Of a DNA stretch of 64,000 nucleotides, positions 47,322 to 57,400 are shown one piece after another. The DNA lies in the IMG/VR virus record IMGVR_UViG_3300034072_000926, positions 248,001 through 312,000 of that record; one strand, 5' to 3'. A program made the translations under genes and the position numbers. The stretch's first letter is position 1; each line of letters begins with the position of its first letter. Under the pieces are notes generated by a model. That model made no database searches. It worked only from the letters and a program-made list of their open reading frames with translations, and had not been told where the DNA came from.

Positions 47322-47347
47322 AACTTCTCCGGTTGTAACCGAAGTCC

Positions 47348-47725
47348 TTAGTCATCGCTGTCTTTGATTAGCCTGCGACCCTTCTTCGACATCAGACCAT
47401 CTGGCTCATCGTTCTCCGGATACGCTGGAGCAGGCTTTGCTGCACCGGTGATCCTTGACATTGCCTGTTCTGGTGTCTCGAAGACATCTGGCACAGCTGG
47501 CTTCAACGAAACCTGTTGTGCTGCACCTGGGTTGCGGTTATAATAATCGCGAGCGATTTGTTCCCTACGGACTTCGATCTGGCCATTACGACCCATAATG
47601 TCCCCGCGGGCATTCATCCTTGCGTTACCAAGAGCCTTCATTTCCTCGTTAGCAGAACGCATTGCGTCCATATCAACAACCCTGCCACGCATGGAAACGG
47701 CTGGTTTTCTAAAGTTGCGAGCCAT
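47348..47725 (-). CDS. Conserved jumbo-phage hypothetical protein
   Basis: 'GRVVDM..AL.GN.RMNARGD..G.NG'; TAAATA at 47755. Confidence 0.75.
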   Translation of the reverse strand: MARNFRKPAVSMRGRVVDMDAMRSANEEMKALGNARMNARGDIMGRNGQIEVRREQIARDYYNRNPGAAQQVSLKPAVPDVFETPEQAMSRITGAAKPAPAYPENDEPDGLMSKKGRRLIKDSDD

Positions 47726-47777
47726 GTTGCTCCTCCTAATACGACCTATGCTCTTATTTATGCGTAGTTTTCTGTGC

Positions 47778-48314
47778 TTACTTTAAGAACTCTCTCACAT
47801 CGAGATCGAACTTGAGGCTGTCAACTTTATGAACGCCAATGAGGTATAGGATATAGCTCGCAACACTCGAACCACGACCCACACCCCATACGATGCCACG
47901 TTCCCTAAAGCTGGCGATCAGATAGATCAAAACCTTGAGAACTTGTGTCATTTCACGCTCCTCAAATAGCAGCCATTCTTCTGCCACCCGAGTCATCTGA
48001 ACTTCTGTCTCACAACGTTCAATCAGCCATTCCAACACGTCAATGCTCTTGAAGGGTTCGGGAACAAACCATTCACTCTGGAATGAGGCATCCCATTCCT
48101 CAACTGAAACACTTGGTTCCTGATAGATAGGAATCTGATCCTGTGGATGATCAAGTTCCTTGCAAAGTTTGTTGAAACGATGAATGTCAGGGTTGTCGAT
48201 GGCTTGAAGCTCTCCCGACAACTCTTGACCTTTCATCAACAGGTCAATGAGGCCATTCTTATCGAAAGCCACATTGCCCCATTGATCTAGCTGACGACCG
48301 TCAAGCTCTTTCAT
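47778..48314 (-). CDS. Short DNA polymerase III alpha (DnaE)-like fragment
   Basis: 'GIVWGVGRGSSVASYILYLIGVHKVD'. Confidence 0.8.
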   Translation of the reverse strand: MKELDGRQLDQWGNVAFDKNGLIDLLMKGQELSGELQAIDNPDIHRFNKLCKELDHPQDQIPIYQEPSVSVEEWDASFQSEWFVPEPFKSIDVLEWLIERCETEVQMTRVAEEWLLFEEREMTQVLKVLIYLIASFRERGIVWGVGRGSSVASYILYLIGVHKVDSLKFDLDVREFLK

Positions 48315-49012
48315 TCCGTCTTGCCTCCGTCAATCACCTTGGGACGGAACTCAGGACGAACAACCACATTACTGGTCGTTTGCGGCAAAGCCATCTGTTC
48401 AGCAATAAAGCTCAGACTATACGCCCACATCGGCGGTGTGCTAATGTCATCTTCCTCGTCTGGACTGATATCCAGGGTTGATGCATCATTTCGATTCCAC
48501 CAGGACTTGCTGAAATAGTTTCTCTCGCCGAGCCATTCTTCATCCGTCGGGAAGGTCTCGCCAGGAGTCCCGCCAACAAACATGAATGACAACCCGCGTC
48601 CATCGGACGATTCAATTTCACAGCTATGAAAATCAAAGGCGCCGTTAGACAATGCCTTGAACTTACAAAGGAAGAGTTCACACAAGAGCGCGTCTGTTGG
48701 AACTTCCGGAGTGAGGATGATCATATTAGTGGTCTCCGGTCGGGTTTCTCCCATGAAACAACTAATAGCCCATTCATTATCGGCATCGATGATAATGGAC
48801 TTGTCTATAACCTTCTTAACCCAATAGTCCATCTTGGCGAGAGCTATTTCCATTTTGGCGGAATAGTCATCAGTGTCTTCTCCCAAGGTGCTAACATCGA
48901 CCTTGAGTTTGATGGTTGCTGGGGAGAGTTTCTGTCCGATGATACGGGTAGCCTGGAACTCATGGCGCAGGCTTACGAACAGATGATTAGGTAGAATGTC
49001 TTCTTCGTCCAT
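48311..49012 (-). CDS. Conserved hypothetical protein (possible QueD/T-fold-like)
   Basis: 233 aa, coupled to the DnaE fragment; fold is a guess. Confidence 0.7.
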   Translation of the reverse strand: MDEEDILPNHLFVSLRHEFQATRIIGQKLSPATIKLKVDVSTLGEDTDDYSAKMEIALAKMDYWVKKVIDKSIIIDADNEWAISCFMGETRPETTNMIILTPEVPTDALLCELFLCKFKALSNGAFDFHSCEIESSDGRGLSFMFVGGTPGETFPTDEEWLGERNYFSKSWWNRNDASTLDISPDEEDDISTPPMWAYSLSFIAEQMALPQTTSNVVVRPEFRPKVIDGGKTE

Positions 49013-49027
49013 TTTAGTCCCATTGAG

Positions 49028-49178
49028 GACGCAGGACTCTAGGCGCGGAAAGCGCGATATGAGGTAATTGCTGGGCCCAGCAACACAACTACAAGATTTG
49101 AGCAGCCCTGTTGAGCATCCTGTTGTCGTTCGTTGTATTTAGTGCCTTGCAGTTAAGCCTCACCTAGTAGCCTGCGTC
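49028..49178 (-). ncRNA. Candidate multibranch structured RNA
   Basis: Nested helices 49028-35/49171-78, 49039-43/49163-67, 49060-64/49158-62 plus internal hairpins. Confidence 0.5.
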
Positions 49179-49230
49179 GTAATCAAAGCTATCTTAGCAA
49201 ATAGGATAGACAGGAGTCATTATGTGAATA

Positions 49231-49596
49231 TCACTTCTTGCTAGGCTCGAGGTATTCTTTGTTGAATGTCGGCGTTGGCAAGGTCACATTCTTAGTAACA
49301 GCGGGCTTGACAACCTTAGTGTTGGTGTCTTCAACCTCACTCTTACTCTTTACGAAATCAGGATCCGATTCAGTAGTTTCAGGGAACATGGCTTGCATGG
49401 CCTCGAACTGCTGCTTCTTCATGCGCTCCATTTTCTCTTCCTCAATCATCTCCAACATCCAATGAAGTTGGTTGATGATCTCAGTGCTTGAACCCCACAT
49501 ATGCGCCTTTGACAGGCGCTTGTGTAGAGCTGAAGTCTTTTCGAGCAACTCGTCGTCGCTCATATCCTTAAAAGAGAGAAATGGATGATCAATCAA
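49231..49596 (-). CDS. Hypothetical protein
   Basis: 121 aa 'MIDHPFL..MSDDELLEK'. Confidence 0.7.
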   Translation of the reverse strand: MIDHPFLSFKDMSDDELLEKTSALHKRLSKAHMWGSSTEIINQLHWMLEMIEEEKMERMKKQQFEAMQAMFPETTESDPDFVKSKSEVEDTNTKVVKPAVTKNVTLPTPTFNKEYLEPSKK

Positions 49597-49997
49597 AGGT
49601 CGCCTTCTTTCCTGTTCTCGCTGCGCGAGATTTCGAACTTGCCGCCTGGATAACGAGCTTCCAGCTTACGGACGTTCTCTTCAATAATATCGTATGGATT
49701 GAGGTTCAGAGCCATACAAGCATTTGCCCAATACCACATCACGTCACCAAGTTCACGCTTCATGTGAAAGATGTTGTCTGCGTCATATGGCTTGCCCTGG
49801 AACGTGATCTTCTTCACGATTTCCATAAACTCGCCAGCTTCTGCCGACAGACCATCAGCCGCAGTATGGAGGCGTTCCACGTTGCAACCCTGCTCATACA
49901 GTTCTTCGATACGAGCTAGGAACGCAGCCTTATCCTTAGAGGGCTGGCTAGTCACACCGTCGACGAAAGTCAGGTATTGCTCGAGAAAGTTTTCCAT
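49593..49997 (-). CDS. MazG-like NTP pyrophosphohydrolase
   Basis: 'GLSAEAGEFMEIVKK..RELGDVMWY..N..KL.ARYP'. Confidence 0.88.
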   Translation of the reverse strand: MENFLEQYLTFVDGVTSQPSKDKAAFLARIEELYEQGCNVERLHTAADGLSAEAGEFMEIVKKITFQGKPYDADNIFHMKRELGDVMWYWANACMALNLNPYDIIEENVRKLEARYPGGKFEISRSENRKEGDL

Positions 49998-50053
49998 TAG
50001 GTTCTCCTATTTCTTATTTAGGATGACCATAGCAAACCTGGTGATAGAAGTCA

Positions 50054-50419
50054 CTAATTGGCAACCACATTCATGGGCGGCCTACGACGCTTTCCTTCAA
50101 TGGATCGCAACACCTCAACTGACATTGTATCAACCCTGGCAGGTGTGGTAGCTTTTGGTATCGCGACCAAACACTCGATCGAAATCGTATGAGCACGAAC
50201 TGGCCCAGGAGGCATACCCTGTAGGGATTCGACCTGTAGAGCATGTCCGCGAACCGAGCCAGGAGGCATATCGAGAAGAGACTCGACCTGAACCGAATGA
50301 GCTTTCACTGGAGGATTAGGTTCAGAGCCAACGACATTTACATCAGCGTGAATGGCAACCACAGGAGAATTCATCTCCTGTAGCGTTTCAATCTGAACTC
50401 CAGTTACATTCTGGGTCAT
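50054..50419 (-). CDS. Small repeat protein, likely virion
   Basis: About five 'HxVQVESL'-type repeats with PPG hinges. Confidence 0.6.
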   Translation of the reverse strand: MTQNVTGVQIETLQEMNSPVVAIHADVNVVGSEPNPPVKAHSVQVESLLDMPPGSVRGHALQVESLQGMPPGPVRAHTISIECLVAIPKATTPARVDTMSVEVLRSIEGKRRRPPMNVVAN

Positions 50420-51444
50420 TACTTCTTAATCTCGTAGCCTGCCTGAATTGCATTGACACTTGTAATATCCCAAGCAGTTCCAGTTGCTGGATTCAAATTC
50501 TCAATACGATTCATGTTGAGGTGATTCGTAGGCAGATTGTAATTGGCACTGGTTGTCTCAGTTGAACCGCTCTTCACAATTGTTGCTAGTTCACGAGTTT
50601 CTGCATCAGTCTTTGCAGCCCAGACATTGAGCTGGATTGCATCAATCTTGTCCGGATTAGTGGTTAGATTGCTGAAATTATACATGTCCTTTGCACCGAG
50701 AGCAGTTGCACTCACATAGTTATTTGCGCTTACAAGTGTCTCATTCAACATGGCATAATTAGAACCGGGGGTGCTTGGAGTGAATGCAACCGTAACATCT
50801 CCATTTGGACGCAGAGTTTCAATGCGGCGCTCGCCGATACGAGTCGCTTCATTGATGACGTAGAGGTCGTCGATGATATATCCCGATTCGTTACCTGCGT
50901 TGAACTGAATACCATTTACGCCATATGCTGCGGCGTTCTGGGTGTTGCCATTAAAGTTCAGAACTTCGACACCGTCAATGAATAGAGTTGCTCGACCGGC
51001 AGAAGTATGTCCAACATATTCTAGTTCGAAGAAATGCCAGTCATGTGTGTGAATGATGTTTGGTTCACTCTCGGCTACCATTGTGTTACCACGCCATAAA
51101 CGAAGCTGACCAATGTTGCTGACACTAACTGCAAACTGAGAAGTCTGATTATGCAGAACACTGAACATTTGACCTTGTCCTTCAGCACGAGCAACAAAGT
51201 CAGTCTTGTAAGCAAATGCAAAAGTCGCTGATTGCTGGAAGACATTTCCGTTGAAAAATCCACGGATCTGACAACCAAATGCCGTGTTACCCAGGTTCAT
51301 ACCCTGACCGCCATAACGACCTTCAGAGAAGAAGATGTTGCTCGGATTGACGATTACCCACTTACTGTGAACACCTGGACGAACTGATTGGTTGTTTGCG
51401 GAATCGTAGGAATCGAAACCGTCCATGAAAATTACGTCAGCCAT
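50419..51444 (-). CDS. Virion protein with LamG/concanavalin-like fold
   Basis: 'MDGFD.Y', 'WHFFELE..LFIDGVEV..IDDLYV'. Confidence 0.7.
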   Translation of the reverse strand: MADVIFMDGFDSYDSANNQSVRPGVHSKWVIVNPSNIFFSEGRYGGQGMNLGNTAFGCQIRGFFNGNVFQQSATFAFAYKTDFVARAEGQGQMFSVLHNQTSQFAVSVSNIGQLRLWRGNTMVAESEPNIIHTHDWHFFELEYVGHTSAGRATLFIDGVEVLNFNGNTQNAAAYGVNGIQFNAGNESGYIIDDLYVINEATRIGERRIETLRPNGDVTVAFTPSTPGSNYAMLNETLVSANNYVSATALGAKDMYNFSNLTTNPDKIDAIQLNVWAAKTDAETRELATIVKSGSTETTSANYNLPTNHLNMNRIENLNPATGTAWDITSVNAIQAGYEIKK

Positions 51445-52646
51445 TAGTAACGATCTCCCTTGAAGCTGATTACGAGGTCTGCAATCGTCCCATCAGCTTG
51501 AGCTGGACCAACGATCTTAATCTCTTGATTTGCGGGAACATCAATCTCCCCGATCACACTACTTACCATGGTTGCCGCACCTACGGTATTGATAGTCCAG
51601 ATACCTACCTGCTGTCCATTGATCCAAACTGTGCAGGCAAAATCCTCAGTTGGATTCACTCCACAGGTGAACAAGCATCCATCGAAGTCAGCACTGAGCT
51701 TGTGAGCCCTTGGTGCCCTCCAGCGATAGATTGTCTCGCCATCAAGTGGCTGTCCATCAAAATAAGCACCATAGTCATAGGCAAACTGATCTTGAACTGT
51801 CGACGCAGGCTCACTTGCGCCGCTTTCTACCCACTGACCCCCGTCGGTGTCCTCATAGAACAGATAGAAACTCCCATCGGTCGTATTCCACCAACCGTCT
51901 CCCTCTTGCGGGGCGGGGCTTGTAGGGGGAGTCTCAGCAAAGGTAATCTTGTTACCGCTCTCAGGAATCACAACATTCGAGAATTCGATCTTACCAGTTG
52001 TCGCATTAACGGTTAGGAACTTGCCGTTCGATCCCACGTAGGTATCTGGCGTATCAGTGAGGCTTAGGAAGTCCTGAACGCTAACTGGGACATTGGCAAA
52101 TTCAACTCGACCTGAGATTGCATTGACTCGAAGAAACTTTCCATCATGACCAAAATACGAGTCAGGAGTGTCAGTGAGTTCAAGGAAGGAATAGTCTGTT
52201 TCTGAGATATCTTGGAAGACTAGGCGGCTATTTGCTTCATCAACAACAGGGACTTTGCCATTCTGACCAACATAGGTCGACGGGGCATCAAGGAGATTTA
52301 CGAAGCGATTAACACCGCCCGTGCCAGTAATGAGGATAGAGTCATTCTGTTCAAGAACCGCAACACCGTCGCCGCCGAGGATTCGTCTGAAGCTGTAGGT
52401 CAGTCCGTCACGTTCTTTACGTGCGAAACTTCCTGCTCCTGCACCAATGTTCTGAATCTTGATGTCTAGGTTGACAGGAACATTGCTCACGTAGCTATTG
52501 TCTACCACGGTGCTGCTTCCACTAAGGAAGTCACCTGTGCCAGGTTGAATCCTAACAGTGTCTGTGCCGCCCGTTCCAAAGGAGGAGCCGTCAAGATTAC
52601 CAATGCTACGTCTAGAAGCGTTCCTAGACGGTTCCTTATAAGCCAT
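51444..52646 (-). CDS. Virion fibre-associated protein
   Basis: Three 'FLxLTDTPxxYxGxxGKFLxVN' repeats, 'GDGWW..FYL.Y..WVE'. Confidence 0.7.
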   Translation of the reverse strand: MAYKEPSRNASRRSIGNLDGSSFGTGGTDTVRIQPGTGDFLSGSSTVVDNSYVSNVPVNLDIKIQNIGAGAGSFARKERDGLTYSFRRILGGDGVAVLEQNDSILITGTGGVNRFVNLLDAPSTYVGQNGKVPVVDEANSRLVFQDISETDYSFLELTDTPDSYFGHDGKFLRVNAISGRVEFANVPVSVQDFLSLTDTPDTYVGSNGKFLTVNATTGKIEFSNVVIPESGNKITFAETPPTSPAPQEGDGWWNTTDGSFYLFYEDTDGGQWVESGASEPASTVQDQFAYDYGAYFDGQPLDGETIYRWRAPRAHKLSADFDGCLFTCGVNPTEDFACTVWINGQQVGIWTINTVGAATMVSSVIGEIDVPANQEIKIVGPAQADGTIADLVISFKGDRY

Positions 52647-52694
52647 AGAAACCCTCCGATCTAACTTGAATATTTATTGGGAGGGTAGGCTTTA

Positions 52695-53741
52695 TTAAAC
52701 CGACTTAGCCTGCATTGTGATATTCACAGGCTCACCAGGTGCGGGTTCTGCTAGAGTCTGGCTATTGTCAGTCTGCCAAACAACCGTTGTCTTGGTGTTT
52801 GCAACCGAGATCGAGAAGTTGCCAGTAATCGAGAGATCTGTTGAGTCCGTGACCTTGACTGTGAAGCTGTAAATGGTATCTTCGGTAACTTCAGCGAGTC
52901 GACCAGAGATAACACCAGTTGTCATATTGAGAACTGCACCACCCGGTAGAGCACCGGCGATGACTTCATACTTCACGATATTGTTGTCAGGATCTTCGGC
53001 AGTGATTGGGATACTGATATCAGTATCTTCTGCGAATGCACCCAAGTTACCGGTCTGGGTCGTCCATGTGGGTGGATTGGTTCCTACGACAGGTGGCTCT
53101 TCGATGGTCTCAATCAGTGGGAAAACTGTGATATTGCGAAGACGACCATTGAAACAACGAATCTTCGAACCATTAAGACTACTCGTGCTAGTATAAGTCC
53201 AGTCTGCACCGAAACTCATGCCGTTTGAGGTGTTGTATGGCTGTGTTGCTGTTACATCAAATGCAGTAGTTCCATTCACATACCCGCGACAGCGAAGTTG
53301 GCCAGTCAGGACATAGAACATGAAGCCAATGCGATACCAACGCTTGGTCATGTAGTTTGAGATTAGCGTCTGATTAAATTGGTAGCCGTTATTATCGTAG
53401 GAACATTGGAGTGTGACGTTGGTGGCCTCCTGCAGAATCAACCATTCGCCCCATCCCCCGCCAAAACCGTCGCCGTTAGTGGCAATAACCTTACCACTAC
53501 CAGCTTCCATGAATACATCCATTTCGACCGAATAAGGAGCAACAGTCTGTAAGAGATCCTGGTGACTATAACGAATTGTCTTTGTTCCATCGAACAACAT
53601 ATAGTCGTCAACAGTTGTTGGCTTTGGCGCACTAGCGATTGCAGTAAAACCAGACGAGGACAGATTGGTATTGCTGTTAGTCATACGAATTCGTTCGTTA
53701 GACCTGTTGTAAAGATCGTATGGAACGAATTGAGGAATCAT
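52695..53741 (-). CDS. Virion protein with LamG-like and Ig/cadherin-like (He_PIG) domains
   Basis: 'GALPGGAVLNMTTGVISG..YSFTVKVTD'. Confidence 0.75.
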   Translation of the reverse strand: MIPQFVPYDLYNRSNERIRMTNSNTNLSSSGFTAIASAPKPTTVDDYMLFDGTKTIRYSHQDLLQTVAPYSVEMDVFMEAGSGKVIATNGDGFGGGWGEWLILQEATNVTLQCSYDNNGYQFNQTLISNYMTKRWYRIGFMFYVLTGQLRCRGYVNGTTAFDVTATQPYNTSNGMSFGADWTYTSTSSLNGSKIRCFNGRLRNITVFPLIETIEEPPVVGTNPPTWTTQTGNLGAFAEDTDISIPITAEDPDNNIVKYEVIAGALPGGAVLNMTTGVISGRLAEVTEDTIYSFTVKVTDSTDLSITGNFSISVANTKTTVVWQTDNSQTLAEPAPGEPVNITMQAKSV

Positions 53742-53744
53742 CTG

Positions 53745-54467
53745 TTATTCTCCGGTGTCTTCTTCTGGTGTCCAGTCTGGATGCTCTGCAAGCCAATCTG
53801 GATCTTCGCTATTCTTGATACCATCTTCGTCATCATCGCCCTCAGGGTCAAGTTCTGGTGGGTTAGGATCGAATATATTGATATTTACACACTTTGGTTC
53901 AGCGATCTGTCCACGGTCAGTTATCACAGTATAGGAGAATGCATCGTCCCCGATGAAATTGTAACCTGGAATGTATAGGATACTCTTGCGATCAGGAGTC
54001 AACATTGCCTCGCCATATAGAGGCTCGGTAAGGATAATAGGTTCACAGTTATAGGCAACCTTGGCCTGGCCAGGTGTCGTGTTCTTGGTCTTTGCACCTT
54101 GTTCGTTAGAGACCCTGACGAAATAGCTTTCGTCCATATTATAATAAAATTCCTGTTCTGCTACCACCTTAATGAAACCCTCAATAGGTTCCATGAATGT
54201 GATAATATGGTCTTCTACTTTATAGACTCGGGTCTCACCAAAATCCAAAGTTTGATTAACGACACGAAAACCATCCTGCCAGATCTCTACCCATTCAGGA
54301 CTGCTAGGAATCCAGGGGAGTTCGATTTCGGTTGTTGGTCCATCTAGTGTCACGCTGAACACTTGCGCATTACGCTTCAAATCTTGATCGGTGATCATTT
54401 CCACCTTCAAGGTTTTAACATCCACAAATGGCTGAACAAAGCGACAATTAACCTGCGATGCTTGCAT
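53745..54467 (-). CDS. Virion protein with Ig-like domain and acidic Ca-binding-like tail
   Basis: 'Y.PGYNF.G.DAFSYTV.TD', 'DDDEDGIKNSED'; start at TAATG overlap. Confidence 0.7.
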   Translation of the reverse strand: MQASQVNCRFVQPFVDVKTLKVEMITDQDLKRNAQVFSVTLDGPTTEIELPWIPSSPEWVEIWQDGFRVVNQTLDFGETRVYKVEDHIITFMEPIEGFIKVVAEQEFYYNMDESYFVRVSNEQGAKTKNTTPGQAKVAYNCEPIILTEPLYGEAMLTPDRKSILYIPGYNFIGDDAFSYTVITDRGQIAEPKCVNINIFDPNPPELDPEGDDDEDGIKNSEDPDWLAEHPDWTPEEDTGE

Positions 54468-57400
54468 TAGCCACCTCCAATTAGCCAAGCCACAACAGTG
54501 AATCCTGCATTCTTGACCTCACAAACAAGTCCAGTGTCGCGCTTAACAATGAAGCTGAACGAACCCTCCGGCTGCTGATAAACCTCATATGGCTTATCCT
54601 GACTGTAAAGGATTGCTGCCTCTTCTGCTGCGTCTTCAGTTTCAAAACCACCAGCTGTTGACACGTTTGAACTTGCACTGTAGAGCTCAGGGGTTGCCTT
54701 TGCCTTCACTTCCTTAGATGCAACCGAAACTCCAGCATACATTACAGATGGGCTATAAACAGCCGCCACCGAAGCAGTAGGAACAGGTTTCGATTCAATG
54801 ATCACTTCTATTTCGTTATCGACAGTATCGGCGGTTCCGAAGATATCCTGATATTCGAGATGCTTGTAGGAACGCACCCAGCCGGCATTATAGCCAAGAT
54901 GTTGAGCAGCGAGTGGCTTGAACCAAATACTATCTGCTGTCCAATATGGATTCTCTTCGTTTACATACAACCATTCAGGCTCGTAGATACGATCAGATGG
55001 GTCATTGAGATATGCGTAGAACGGAGTCACACGAGTAGGCAATACTGAAGCTTCAAAGTCGAAGACTGGAATGAAGATCTGATACGAAGCCGCCTTACCG
55101 AACGACATTTCGTGACTGTAGACTGGGATTACTTCAATATCAGTATTCTCAAAGTTCTGGAACCCATATACTGGATCCTTCTCGTCTTCACTAGCAATCA
55201 GCTTTTGATTCTCGAAGAGATGCTTAGGAGACTTAGTCTGTGTCTCGATTGACCTGAAGGTAGAAAGCCTTGCAGTTCTTTTGGTCTGTGTATCAATAGA
55301 CCTACTAGGACGCATCTTTTCAGTAGCGATGATTCGACCATCAGTGGCCGAGGTAGCACCAAACGCCAAAGTGCTAATCGCAGAGCGAATGTTAGCATAA
55401 ATGATCGTGCGATCGACCTTAGCAATTGGAACAGAGGCGGTGTTATAGGCACCCTTCGATGCGTCCGCTTCTGCACGAGTTCCTATCATCAATAGTGGAT
55501 TCTTAACAGGTCCAAATCCAGTTTGGTGACGAGAGAAGTAACCACCTGAAGAATTAGTCTCCTTCTGAGTCGTAACTAGAGGGATGATATTTCGTTCGGC
55601 CGATTCACTTGGATGCTCCCATACCTGTAGCCAATCAGTGTCAACGGGATGAACATCAGACAACGGAGGCATGAATTGTCCAAGGGTAGGATCAATGTTT
55701 AGGAAGCCAAATTCATATTCCGTTTCACCGTCGGACAGAAGAGTCTTTGCCCACTGGGTTTCGAAGAAATTCTTAACATTGTATCGAGCCTGAACAGTAT
55801 CACCATTCTTCACAGTTGGACGCACTTCGAAAGGACCACCATTGACACTGAATGTCATACGTGGATGGAAGATTTCAATGGAATAGCCTTCAGTCAAGCC
55901 GAGGACTTCTGGGAACAAGTCACCGTCATATTCGAAGTCTGGAATACCATTGTGAACGATGCCGAAGTCCATTTCGTCGGGAACATCGTCAACATAAGAG
56001 AAGCTGCGAACAATGTAATTTGTTCCAATTCCGATCAGAACAGTGTCACGGCGGTCATACCAGACTCCGGATGCCCTAACGTGACGAATCGTAATCTCAT
56101 CGCCTTCGGTCAATTCAACAGGGAAGCTGAGTTCTTCATCATTCCTTGTTACCTTGACATTCGTATAATTGGGGAGATCAAACGTATCAGTTGAATCGAC
56201 CGTGATAGTGGAATAGGTTTCTAGATCACCAAAGTCCCTATAACGCTGTGTATCCTTGATAGTCTCAGCCGCAGTATTCACTACGAGAGCATATTGGGCA
56301 TCAGCAAAACTCAGCATTCCGTAATAGCTATTCAGGCCGGTTGGGACATCGATCGTGATTGCCAAAACATCGCCAGCATTGACACGCGTCAAACCGTCGT
56401 GAGTAACCCCGTTGACAGTCATAGAACCATGGCTAATAGCAATGGGTGCATTGTCCACTTCCTCAGGAACAACCACGTTAAAGACGGCCTGTGCAGTCAT
56501 GAAGATATTTGGAATATCAACATAACGGCTTACAAACTCGCCTGGGATTGCATTCACTTTCATGTCATAGGCAAAATAGCCGACGATCATGACAAGATTG
56601 GTACGTCCTTCAGTGGATCGACCATACATTGCAATCTTAGAACCCGCGTTCACAATACCATCAGTGACCTTCAAGCCATTTAGCAACAATTGTGCATTTG
56701 GCGAGACATAGACTGGTAGGTTTTCACCAAGTGTCGAGACAGTGAATTCACCCGAACCTACATCGACTTCGGTCGGGGTATTCTTAGGTGTTGGATTGAC
56801 ATTATAGACTGGTGGATTCGCGGGGATGACCATTTCGTAATCATCGAAACGAGTCGACGAGAACAAATTATCCCCGCCTGGGACTGAGAAGGTCGAATCC
56901 CTAGAGAATGTCCTGTATGCTGGGTCTTCGTCAACACTTGTGAAGATTGCCGCATCATGAGAAGATGCAAAGGAAACTGAGAAGGAGTTCCTTCCCGCTC
57001 TTGCATACATTGGAATCCTGTCACCAGTGTCGATGGTCTTGACTAGATCAAAATTAGCATCATAGACCCTAATAGCCCATTCGGTAGGAACGGGAACGAT
57101 ATACTGGTTCTTGAACTTGGTTGGCCTCCCAACCATCTGAGCATGATAGAGGACTTCAATGCCAGTCGGAGTGGATTTGTAGACATTACCCTTGTTGGTT
57201 GTGAGAATGAAGCCATTACCAATAGCTTCGCCACCGTAGACAGTTTCATCTACGAGTGCGATCGTCCTACCAATTGCGTTGATGTCAGACATGATGTTCA
57301 GGAAGTTTACGCCACCGACGAATAGCGTCACGGTATCAGAGAAGATACATTTCGCATTGGTCATTACGGCTGTTCCGTTTGTCTTTCCATAACTCTTATC

